Source: an uncultured Candidatus Peribacteria bacterium
GTDB lineage: Bacteria; Patescibacteriota; Gracilibacteria; BD1-5; UBA6164
Assembly: GCA_964404065.1 (NCBI GenBank)
Contig: CAYOIP010000001.1
Span: forward strand, 21,721-85,720
DNA: 64,000 nt
Reading direction: 5' to 3'
Shown here: positions 43,939 through 55,373 of the stretch, piece by piece
Layout: each line of letters begins with the position of its first letter
Numbering within the stretch: the first letter of the stretch is position 1
Translations under genes and position numbers: made by a program
Notes under the pieces: model-generated
What the model was told of the DNA's origin: nothing
Database searches by the model: none
The model's input: only the letters and a program-made list of their open reading frames with translations

Positions 43939-45999
43939 ATGTCAGAACAAGAAAAAAAAGAGCAAACTTTAACTCAAGAAACTCAAATTAGGCAAGAATA
44001 TACTGAAGATGATTTAAGAGTTCTTCTTGTTGATTTATGAATGCTAGAAGAAAATTTATTTTCAAATAAAGATTGAATAGTTGATGGAAATAGTGGTGAT
44101 AGTGAAATAGATAAAAAATATAAAGAATGATTAAAGAAAGCAAAAGATATTAAAACAAAAATAGAATTAGTTCAAAGACTTTATTGAGAATTTAGTAGAG
44201 ATAGTTATATAAAAACAACTATTTCATCTCATTTAGATTCAAAAAAAGATTATTTAGATGATGAAGATAGGGATAATATATATAAAATTCAAGAAGAAAC
44301 ACAAAAGATATTAAATGATTATCCAGAATATAAAGAAGTTATAGTTAATCATATAGAATCTAATTTTGATAAATTAAATTATATTGTTTCTAATTACCAA
44401 AAAAATTGAATTGATAAAAAAATCATATCTAATTATTTAAAGATAGATTATAAATTAACTTTAAATGAATGATTTAATAGATTGAGAATAATATTAGAAC
44501 ACATAAATAAGTCAGAAAAAATCATTGATAAAAAAAACATTGTAGATAATTTTCTAAATATAACAAAAAGTGTTTCAGTTGATTTTAGTTGAATGTCTGA
44601 AATAGAAAAAAATAATGACCCATATTGACTTAAAAAATTAGATAAAATATATAATTTTGATTTTACAAATAAGTCACAAGAATTAGATATATATAATTTA
44701 TTAAAAATTTGAATTAAAGATTTAGAATATATAAACAAACTTTACAAAGAAAATAATAAACAAGAATTAATAAGTTTTATAGATAATTTAGAAAATAAAA
44801 ATGATTTGTTAAAAATTGAAAGTATCAAAAAAATTTATTTAGAAGAAAGAAAAAATGAATATGATATAAAAGATTTAGATTTTTGAAGATTAGATGATGT
44901 TTTATTAAAAATAGAAAAAATAAAAGATTTAAAAACAAAAGAAAAAATTATTAATTTACTTAAGGAGTTCAAAAATGGGGGAATTAATGTAGGAAATAAA
45001 GAACAAAAAGAAAAAGAATTAAATGAAATATTTTCTTCTGCATTAAAAGACATTTCTAAAAATATAAATGATGATGATAAAATAAATGACAATCATTATG
45101 AATTAAGTATTCTACACTCTATTGCAATAACTTTTTCAACAGATTTTACTCTTGAGCAAATAGAAAAATTACAAGAAAATATTTGAAAAAATGTAAATAT
45201 AAGATTATTAAAACTAGAAGAAAAATTAAGTAATCCAAATGATTTATATAGGTATAAAAAATGATTGGCATCTTTAAGAGAAAATGACAATTCACCAGAA
45301 AACACTCAGTTAAAATTAGATTATTATAATAGTTTTTCTTTATGAAAAAATACTTATTCTCAAGGTATAAGATGAAAAGCTGAAGAAGAAAAAAAACAAC
45401 CAAAAATTACTGAATCAAAAAAAGCACAAATTCAATATCATTACCAAAAACTTTGATTAAAAGTTCAAGTTTGAAATAATTGAGAAATATTATGAAAATA
45501 TTGAGAGAAAAGTTTTTCTCAAAAACTTCAAGGTTGAAAAATAGAAGTTTGAGCCGATGAGAAAATGATTTACACAACATCACTTTGATACAAATTTGAA
45601 TTTGAGAATAGTGAATTTTGAGCTATGAAAGTAGTTGAAATAACTCAAAGATTTGATTATTTAAACAAAATCTGACTTGGATATTTTGGTGAAAATTTCA
45701 AGAAAATGATGGATTGTATTCCAAGTTTTCTTCCTAATCAAGCATTAAGATTAAATATAGACGAAAAGACTTGAGATTTTTTAGATCAAGTTGAATTAGG
45801 TAAAATTTTAGAAATATTTATAAATATTTGATTTCTTGAAAATATAAATTTTAGTCAAAATATATCAAATATTCAGGAGGTTACTGATGGACAGATGATG
45901 TATAGAGTTTGAAATCTAGAAAATTGAAGTGCATTTATTGATTGAAAATTTGATATAAAATTATTTTGAGAATTATTACAAGAAAAAAATAAAGTCTAA
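43939..45999 (+). CDS. hypothetical K/E/N-rich protein (686 aa)
   Basis: Every codon was checked and is open under code 25. Starts 9 nt after the upstream stop. Confidence 0.6.
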
Positions 46000-46018
46000 A
46001 ATTTAGACTTTATTTGTT
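45988..46018. terminator. hairpin at convergent gene ends
   Basis: aaagtctaaa-a-tttagacttt. It overlaps both stop codons (45997-45999 on + and 45996-45998 on -). Confidence 0.5.
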
Positions 46019-46940
46019 TAAGTAATTTAAATAATTTATATAAAAATTTATTATTTATCCAAATATAACTATCACTTACTTTTTTTATATCTGGAGTAAA
46101 TTTTAGTTTAAAATCAGTTACTCAAGCAAGTGGTGAATTTTTATCTTCAGGGCTTGCTATTCATAAAAAATCATAATACTTAGATCAAATTTCTTTGGCT
46201 TTCTTTATAGCGTACCATTGCATACTATACGGAGCCATTAAGTTTCTAAATTCTTTTAGAGAAGTAGAAGCTCAATAATAATAAATAGAAATTTCTTTAT
46301 TAAAAATAAATATTCAAGCAGAAAGTATTTTGTCTCAAATTTTTGTAAAAATAAGAGAACTTTCAGGGATAATTTCTAAAAAATTTTTATAATATTCTAA
46401 ACTATTTCAAGAAAATCAGTCTCTTGAAGTTGTTTCTAAAATTAGCGAGTAAAATATTTTTATATTTTCTAGAGTTTTTTCTACTTCAAAAACTTCAACT
46501 CATTTTTTAGTTGCAAGTCAGATATTATATCTTCACTTTGGTTTCATTTCTGATAAAATTTCTTCTTCAGATTTTTTTAAATCAATAAGAGCTGTATAGG
46601 GAGTAATGAATTTTTTATAGTGTCAAGGTTTTAGCCCCCCCTCTAACTCCCCCCTAGCAGGGGGAGAAATAGGACTTTCCTCCCCTGCCAGGGGGAGGTT
46701 AGGTGGGGGGATTTTAAAACTCTCAACTTGCACAAATAAACAACTTTGCAATTTACAAAGTTTAATTAATTCCTCAAAATTAACTTTTTCTAAATCTTCT
46801 ATTCATAAAGCAAAAAGTCAGTATTTTCAAAATCAAATACTTCTTTTTTCTACTAATATTTCATCAACCTCAAAAACATCACTTGCTTGATGTGATTTTA
46901 ATAGTAATTTTTTCCAATTATTTGATTGCCAAATAGACAT
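45996..46940 (-). CDS. FemAB-family peptidoglycan bridge-forming aminoacyl transferase (FemX/MurM-like) with a repeat-derived insert
   Basis: 314 aa. MSIWQSNNWKKLL, MKPKGRYNIGLATKKGVEV, GVTDFKLKFTP. Insert [30 protein letters not shown]. Confidence 0.7.
46635..46710. repeat. GC-rich palindromic element, double-arm copy H, inside the FemAB-like CDS in frame
   Basis: ccccccctctaactcccccctagcagggggag-aaataggactttcc-tcccctgccagggggaggttaggtgggggg. The left arm shares 31 identical nt with copy A. Confidence 0.9.
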
Positions 46941-46944
46941 AGTT

Positions 46945-47955
46945 TTAGTTTTTATGTAAATGTTTAATTGCATTCTCTGTGATTTTTCTTCCACGAGATG
47001 ATTTTTCTATAAATCAGATTTGAAGTAAATATGGTTCAACCACATCTTCAAGAGTTGCTTCTTCTTCTCAAATACTTGATGCGAGTGTTCCAAGTCCTAC
47101 AGGACCTCACGAAAATTTTAAATTTATTGTATCAAGATATTTTTTATCTAAATAATCAAGTCCAATCTCATCAATTCATAAATCTATAAAAATTTCTTTC
47201 CAAGTTTTTTGCTCATTTATATTGTGCCCTATAATTTTATAATCTCTAATAATTTTTAAAAGTCTATTTGAAATACGAGGAGTTCATCTACTTCTAGATG
47301 AAATTGCTTCAATTAAATCTTTTTGCATTTCTAGTTCTAGTATTGATGCATTTCTTACAAGAATTTTTGATAAATCACTTCCTGAATAAAAATCAAGTTT
47401 TAGAACATTTCCAAACCTATCTCTTAGAGGGCTAGATAATGCACTGAGTTTTGTAGTAGCTCATATTAAAGTAAAAGATTGAACTGGCATTCTAACACTT
47501 TGCGCTCAAGTTCATTTTCAAACAACAATATCTATAACAAAATCTTCCATTGCAGTATAAAGTATTTCTTCAATTTGTGGTTTTAAACGGTGAATTTCAT
47601 CTATAAAAAGTATGTCTCAGGCTTCAATATTTGATAATATACTAACAAGATCTGCTTGTTTTTCTATAGCAGGACCAGATGTGATCTTTAAATTGCTTCA
47701 CATCTCGCTTGCTATGATGTTTGATAAAGTAGTTTTTCATAGTCCCGGAGGTCAGTAAAAAAGAATATGCTCTAAAGCTGCATTTCTGAGTTTTGCTGAA
47801 GCGATTGAAACTCAAAGATGTTTTTTTATTTGTTCTTGTCCAACATATTCTCAAAGTGTTTTTGGTCTAAGAGAATTTTCATTTAGATCAATATCTTTTA
47901 CAGTAGTTTCAATAACTCTATCGGGTTTTTTAGTTTTTGATGAACTTAATGCCAT
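46945..47955 (-). CDS. ruvB: Holliday junction helicase RuvB
   Basis: [49 protein letters not shown]. 336 aa. Confidence 0.95.
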
Positions 47956-47979
47956 ATAAATATTTTAAAGGTTAATTTT

Positions 47980-48070
47980 CCCTCACCCCAACCCTCTCCT
48001 TTGAAGGAGAGGGAGTAGAAGGATTTTTTATCCCCCTCTACCCTCAAGGGAGAGGGGCTAGGGGTGAGGG
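47980..48070. repeat. GC-rich palindromic element, double-arm copy I
   Basis: ccctcaccccaaccctctcctttgaaggagaggg-agtagaaggattttttat-ccccctctaccctcaagggagaggggctaggggtgaggg. The right arm lies inside the 3' end of the methyltransferase CDS. Confidence 0.9.
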
Positions 48071-48616
48071 TTTTACTATCATAACTATTCCATCTTCAAT
48101 ATCAATAGGAATAATATTGTATGCAATTTTATTATCTTCTAAATACTCCCAAAATCAAATCATTTTTTCTCTAAATTTTATTACGTCATCTATAATTACA
48201 ATACCTCAAGGTAATACTTTATCCCAAACTAATTCTAAAAAATCTTTAGTTCTTCTTTTCATTCCATCAATAAATACAAAATCAAAAGTTTCATTTAAAG
48301 CTGGAATTATATCTAAAGCATTTCAATTTATAGCATTTATTGCATTTTCTACTCAAGCAGTTTTGAAATTTTCCAGCGCTTCTATATAAGATAATTTTGA
48401 AAACTCTATTGTTGTTAGTTTTCCTCAAATTTCTTTTAACTCTAAAGCAAAATTTATTGCACTATATCAATTTGCAGTTCATATTTCAAGCATATTTTTA
48501 GTTTTTGAGACTTTAATTAAATCTCTTAAAAATCTAGCATTTACTTCTGAAATATTTGGAATTTCGTTTTGTAATCAGTGTTTTTTTAGTTCTTTTAGAA
48601 ATACATCAACATTCAT
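48038..48616 (-). CDS. class I SAM-dependent O-methyltransferase (family-3-like) with a repeat-encoded C-terminal tail
   Basis: LEIGTANGYSAINFA, FDFVFIDGMK, GGIVIIDDV. Ends ...IVMIVKPSPLAPLPGG-TAG, with the last ~10 codons and the stop inside repeat copy I. Confidence 0.7.
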
Positions 48617-48695
48617 TTTTTTGGCTTTAATATTTAATATAATAAAATATAAAAATAAAAAATTATAAGTCAAGAATTAAATTTTCTAGAAAAAC

Positions 48696-48724
48696 TTGCT
48701 TTTTAGACACATTTTTATTATAAT
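48696..48724 (+). promoter_or_regulatory. candidate promoter TTGCTT-17-TATAAT
   Basis: cttgctttttagacacatttttattataatg, 34 nt upstream of ATG 48758. Confidence 0.4.
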
Positions 48725-48757
48725 GCCGGTGTTTTATTTATTTAATAAATTTTTATT

Positions 48758-49132
48758 ATGAATAATTTAGTAAAAAATTCGCTATATTCTTTCGTATGAG
48801 CTTTTTCAGCTTTACAATTTAGTATTTCAAGTGCTAATGGATGAGCTATGAATTTTAATCCAGGTTGAGTAAGATCATGAGTAAAATGAACAAATAATAC
48901 TGTTGATGTTGCTGCTCAAAATCTTATTAGTACTTTAGCAACATTTTTAACTATTGTTGCTGTAATTTACGCTTTATATGGATGATTTAATATATTAACT
49001 GCTTGAGGTGAAGAAGATAAAGTTAAAAAATGAAAAACTATTTTGATTCAAGCTCTTATTTGACTTGTAGTTATCTGGTTAGCTTACTCAATAGTAAGTT
49101 GGTTAATTACATTAGTATTACCTTCAGCTTAG
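48758..49132 (+). CDS. T4SS-pilin-like small protein (paralog of 13464-13817)
   Basis: 124 aa. Signal-like N-terminus, LATFLTIVAVIYALYGGFNILTAGGEEDKVKKGKTILIQALIGLVVIWLAYSIVSWLI. Confidence 0.5.
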
Positions 49133-49151
49133 TTTTACTAATTTGTTTTTT

Positions 49152-49181
49152 AAAATCTCAATGAAAATTGAGATTTTTTTA
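49152..49181 (+). terminator. intrinsic terminator
   Basis: aaaatctcaat-gaaa-attgagatttt followed by T-run. Confidence 0.65.
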
Positions 49182-49293
49182 TTTTGAAATTTTCAAAATA
49201 TTTGACAAATAAAAAAATATATAATAAAATTTTATTGTAGGGAAAAGTGTTTATTATTTTAAACATTTTCCAATAATTTTTAATTTTAAAATT

Positions 49294-52200
49294 ATGAAAA
49301 CAAAAACAAATATTTTTAAATTAATTACATTGTTATATTTTTTTATAATAATGCTTTTTTCATGAAAATCATATGCTGACTTAACTGCATCAGATTGAAT
49401 AACAGCATCAACTTCTTGAGTAAAATATACTTATTATGAAGTTACTTGGTGCAGTCCTCATTATACTGAAATTACTTCATTAACTCAAATTTGTGAAAAA
49501 TGATATTTTTATAATAATGGTTGAGTTTGAGTAATGACATATAAGTGAGAAAATTTTAAAAATTGAAATGTAAAAGTTAAAACTTGACTTCCATGAGTTA
49601 CTAGAACATCAAGTGTTTGACTTTTAGATTTGTTTGATGTATCAAGTATAAAATTTGAATGAGAATGAACATATACTATAAATGTTTTACTTGTTGATTA
49701 TGCCTATAATGCTTCAAAATTTGATTTTACATATAAAATAGACAAAACAGCTCCACAATTTCAATTAACTTCAATTACTGAAAATACCCCTTATACTTAT
49801 GTTGATACTTCTTTACCAAGACTTAGTTGATTAAATTGAAATATTGTTAAATATGATAGTAATACAAATATTTCAAATGATCCAGATAAATATACAAATC
49901 CATGACTTGTTTTTACTGATAATACATATACTTGAGATATTCCAGTCGAAAGAACATGACATCAAAGACAAAATTTGTATGTTTTTTACTTCAAAGATGT
50001 AAATTCTTGAGATTGAGCTTGAAAACCTTTTAATTTAAATGTTACATATAGTGATAACTATAACTCATATTTAAAGTGATGAACAACTTTGGTTTCTTGA
50101 GTAGATAAACCTTTTGCACTTATGCCTGAAACTTGAAATATCCCAATAAAATCAAATATATCATTATGAACAGTTGCTTGATTAGTTACTTCGGATCTTA
50201 CTTCAAATAGTGATATAAATTCTCAAAAAAAATATAGACTAAGACTTTATGATAATTCGACTTGAAAAAATTGATGAGATTCAAATTTTTCTGAAATTAC
50301 ATTTTATGCTGTTAGGGACAATACAGCACCTAATATGTGATGAAATGGTTTAGCTTCAACAAGTAATGAAGCTTCGCAAAGAGCTTTAAAATTTGATTCT
50401 TCTACTACTGTTTGGGATACTTGAGCAACTCCATCAAATTCTGAAACTTCATGAGCTGTTTCAAAGTTTATTTCTGCCACATCCTCAAAAACTCTATATT
50501 CTACACTTTCAGATATTTGAATATGATGAAGTGATTCTACAAAATATTCTTGGTATAATGCTTGAATTCCACTTTCTGGAACTACAAAAATCCAAATAGA
50601 AACAAGTGGTGATAAAACAAGTTATAGCGATGTATTTTCATATAGTAATAGATTTATTAATACAGATGTAACAAGAAATAAAGATTTTTCAATAGTTGAT
50701 TTAGATAGACAAAATTGATATAGAAAATATACTGCAAAATTTGTAACAACTTGAATAACTTGAGATAATAATTTATGTGATAATGTATGAAACTGTTTAA
50801 GTCCAAAAATTGATTTTAGAGTTGTTGCAAATGCTATAGCTACGACTACTTCAAATATATCTTTAGCTTCTCCTGTGAAAGTTTTTGCAAACTGAACTGA
50901 TAAATATACTATAACTTCAAATTTTGAAGATACTTACTGAAATAAAATAGTTTGAGTAACAGCCGTAGAAAATTGAAATAAAATTATAAAAACAGTTGAT
51001 ACATATTTTGACTTTGAAAATTGACTATATTCTGATCAAAAATCAGATACTCCATCTTGAACAAAATTAGCAATAATAAATGATGCGCAAATTGATAATT
51101 CAACATCTACAACTTCAACAATAAATTCTTCTTCAAATATATATTTCAAAGAAATTGCTGAATCTTGAGCAAATACAAATGCATGAGTTTATAGTTTTTA
51201 TGTAGCATCAAAAGTCCCAACTAGTTGATTATATCCATATTTATCTAATAATACGAAAATTAAATTAACATCTATCAGACCAAGAGCTATTGAATGAACT
51301 ATATCATGAGTTTGAATTTATCCAACTTCTATATCATGACTTTGACTTTTTTCTTGAAATGTAAATTTATGAAATGCAACAAATTTCTTAACTTATGATA
51401 AGGCTTGAATTGATAATTGAACAACAACAACTGATTTAAGTAGTTTTAATTCAGCTAATTATTGAAAAATTACTTTAAGTAATGCAAATGATGTGAAATA
51501 TAATACTTTATCTTTAAGAAAGTTAGAGCTTGAGTTTGCTTCACCATTTGTTTATGGAATGGAAAACTTCAGTTTATCACCACTTTATAGTTTTAACGCA
51601 TATGCTTCACATACAAAAAAATTATATGAATTATCAACTTGAGTAGGGTTCAATAAAATATTCGAACAATTTTTATCAGCATATGGATCTGATAAACATA
51701 CTTCTTGAGTAGTAAATTTTGATTATAAGAATTCTAGTATTTGAAATGTAAATAATTGATATTCTTTTGCTTGAAATTACTATAGAGATAATATGTTATT
51801 GGCAAATTGATTAGAATTTGAAGTTAAATCATCACCAGCTTTATCAAGTTATGATTCTAATAATGAATTAAAATACTGATATGTTTCATATTTAGCATAT
51901 GATTTATGATGATATACTATATATATTCCTTCAGTTTCAAGAAATGTATCAAATTTATTAACATGATGAAATAATTCTAAATTATCATCTAGATTTTATT
52001 TTCCAGATTGAAATACTCCTTATGTAATTATATGAGATTGAGTTACAAATTTATGAGTTTGACCAAATTTATCTATAGCCGTAACTGGGCTAACAAATAG
52101 AAATATGCAAATGACTGATGATACTACTTGATCAAAAGCATCAGTTAATATTTGAGAGAATGTTTCAAGATATGATTTAATAACAACATTTAAGAAAAAT

Positions 52201-53106
52201 GTTTCTTCGTTAAGTTCTTGATTATGAGGAACTAGTTGAGTTGATTGGTGTGAAAATCTATGAATAATAAATCAAAATTTTATAAATAATGGAGATAATA
52301 AAAATTGTACTATTGATATAAATTGAGAAAAAGTTTCTTTTATAAAATGAAGTGTAAATATTGATTGTTGATCTAATAATTGTGTATTACCAAATAATGT
52401 TAAAAGAACTATTATTGTTCAAGATGGTTATACTTATATAAAATCAAATATCTCAACATACAATAAAAGTTCTCAATTACTTATTTGAACTTTATCTCAA
52501 GCTGGATTGCAAAATATTGATATACCGGATGATTTAAGTTTTGACATAACAACACAACCAAAAACTAAATGATGGACTTTTATTGATTCGAAAGTTACAA
52601 ATATTGATGCATTTATAGTATCTCAGTGACCAATGGTTACTTATGATCAAACAAAAACTAAACTTTATTGAAATACTATTGAAGCCAATGAATTGAGAAA
52701 CCAATTACAAATTTATGGTTCTGTATTATCTCTAAATACTATTTGAGGATTTAAAGATGTTTGACTTAACTTCGAATGTCCTTACATAATAGATAATTGT
52801 ACTTCAAATGAATCAGCAATATTTGATTTAGTATTTTTAAGAAGATATAATTTAATTTGAAAAAAGTTTTATGATGATACTTATACTTGAACTGAGGTTG
52901 CAGCTTATCATCCAAATTGATATGATATTGCTAAAAGATCTTGATGAAAAACTTGATACTTTAATTTAACAGATAGTGAATCTTGTTGAACTCCGGATTC
53001 AGATTTAAGATGTATTACTGATTCAGATTACAAAAAATATCCACTTTTCATACAAAGAGATACTATGTGGAATTCTTCGCCAAGTATAATGTTTAGTGTT
53101 GATTAG
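49294..53106 (+). CDS. large secreted S/T/N-rich surface protein (1270 aa), unknown family
   Basis: All 1270 codons were checked; no TAA/TAG. Signal peptide MKTKTNIFKLITLLYFFIIMLFSGKSYA. No cytoplasmic-type motifs. Confidence 0.7.
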
Positions 53107-53129
53107 GAAAAACTTTTTACTTTAAAATA

Positions 53130-53168
53130 AAAATAGCTAAAATTAAGTATAAATTTTAGCTATTTTTT
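53130..53168 (+). terminator. intrinsic terminator
   Basis: aaatagctaaaat-taagtataa-attttagctattt followed by T-run. Confidence 0.65.
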
Positions 53169-53174
53169 GATATT

Positions 53175-55328
53175 ATGAAATTACAAAAATATTTTAAATT
53201 TATTATATTACCAATTTTTATAGTTTTTATAGTATTATTTTCTTATAATTACTTTTTATCATTATTAAATAATAAACAAGATTTAATTAATTTTTGATTA
53301 AATAATATAGATTCAATTTATTTATCAGGTAAAAGAATTACTATTTTAGAGAAATCAGATTTTTGAAAATATTTTTCAGATAAAGAATGAGTTTCTATAA
53401 GATTTGATATTTGAAAAAATATCATAAAAAATCAAAACATTTTAAAATTTAAATGAGACTTAAATCCTTGATTAGCAAATTTAGCTTTTAATATTTGTGA
53501 CTTTAAAAAATGTAATCATAAACAATATAATCTTTTTTTTCTTAAATCAGATTTAAAATATACATACTTTTTGCTTAAAGAAGTGTCAGAAATAAATAAA
53601 GAAGTGTTAGATAAGAAAAATATCTATTCGTTTTGGAATATTTACTTTTTTTCATCTGATTGAAGTGAAATTAGTCTATTTGATTTTTGATGATTTGAAA
53701 TATATAGAAATGATTTTTTTATTTCTTACACTTGATTAGAAAACTATATTTATAATTTTATAAAAAATTTTAAATTAATAAATTTATTCTACTATTTATT
53801 ATTTATTTTTCTTTTTTCTTTATCTTATAAATTTAGAGATTTTATAATTTGAAATTTCAAAAAATCTTATTTTTTGTGAGTTTTGGGGATATTTTTTATT
53901 TCATTATTACATTTATATAAATCTTGAAATTTTATAATGTATGATGAATATTATAGTTGGGTAACTATAACTCAAAGTTTTAAAGATATAATTTTATCAA
54001 CAGCAGGAGATGTGCATCCACCAGGATACTATTTTTTATTAAAAACCATATCATTAATTTTTTGAGATGATATTATAATATTAAAAATTATAAATATACT
54101 TTTAATTTTCCCTTTATTTTATTTTCTTTATAAATTATATAAATTAATTTTTGAAAATAATTATAAACAAGTATTACTTTTGACTTTGTTATTAATTTCA
54201 TTAAATACATATTTTTTTATGTTTTCTTCAATAATTCGTATGTATTTATTTTGAACTTTGCTTTTTGTTTCTTCAAGTTATTTTTTACTTTCATATTTAA
54301 AATTTAATAAAACAAAAGATTTATTTTTTTATATAATTATAGCAATTTTATCATTATATACTCATAATTATTTGATTTTCCTTATTTTTTCTCAATTTTG
54401 TTTTGCTTTATATTTTTTATTTAAAAATGGGAGGTTAAAAGAGAATATTAAAAAAATCATTTTTTCCTATTTTATAATTTGATTATTTTATTTACCATGG
54501 TTGTTTGTTTTATTAAAACAAACAACCAATGTTTCAAATAAATATTGGATTGATAAATTGGATATTTCAAATATTTCGCAGTTCTTTATAAATTATATTT
54601 TTTACTTAAATAATGATATTTCTTGACCAAGTTTAATATTTAAAAATTATTTGATTATAAGTTTTGTTATTATATTACTTTTAGTTCTAATTTTATTTAA
54701 TTATATTAATAAAAATAAAACTAATATTTTCTCAAAATATTTAATATTTTCTTTTTTAATAACATTATTTATAGTTATTTTTTATTCTATATTTAAAACT
54801 CCTATTTTTAATGAAAGATATTTTTTGTTTATTTTACCATTTTTCATAACTTTTTTTGTGTTTTTTGATTATAAAAAATTATTTATTTTATTTTTCATTT
54901 CTTTTATAGTTTTTTCCCAAAACATTTGAATAAGGTATTTAGATAATAACTTTTATTATAAAGACATAGATAAATATTTTATGAAAATAATTACAACTGA
55001 AACCCCAGATATTATTATAAATAATGATATGGCAACATTAGTAGTTTTTGATTATTTAATAACAAAAAAATGATTAAATATAAAAAATTCTATTTTTGTC
55101 CAAAAAGATATAACTCAAAGTGAATTTGCATATAACTGATGAAGTCTTTTTTATAAATATCAAAATATTGATAAAAATAACATAAATAACATAAAAGAAA
55201 AAAAAATAATTTTATTTAATTCCTGAGAACATCAAAAAAATATAATTATTCCAAATAATTGGAAAAAGTTATGAGAAAATAAAGTAAAAATACCATATAC
55301 TATTTATGAAAATCTTTTGACAAAATAA
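53175..55328 (+). CDS. GT-C fold membrane glycosyltransferase (ArnT/PMT, GT39/83-like) with an extra N-terminal domain
   Basis: 717 aa, all codons checked. YDEYYSWVTITQ and AGDVHPPGYYFLLK near the first loop. About 10 hydrophobic spans. ORF-track fragments 54258-54482 and 54651-54929 are in frame. Confidence 0.6.
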
Positions 55329-55373
55329 GTTATATAATATATAATTTCATTGTTTATTTTTTAATATAAAATT

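Noticed and set aside
1784-48070. The GC-rich repeats as a CRISPR array or arrays.
   Set aside because: The copies are kilobases apart with no regular spacing, they are themselves palindromic pairs, many lie inside genes, and no cas genes are present.
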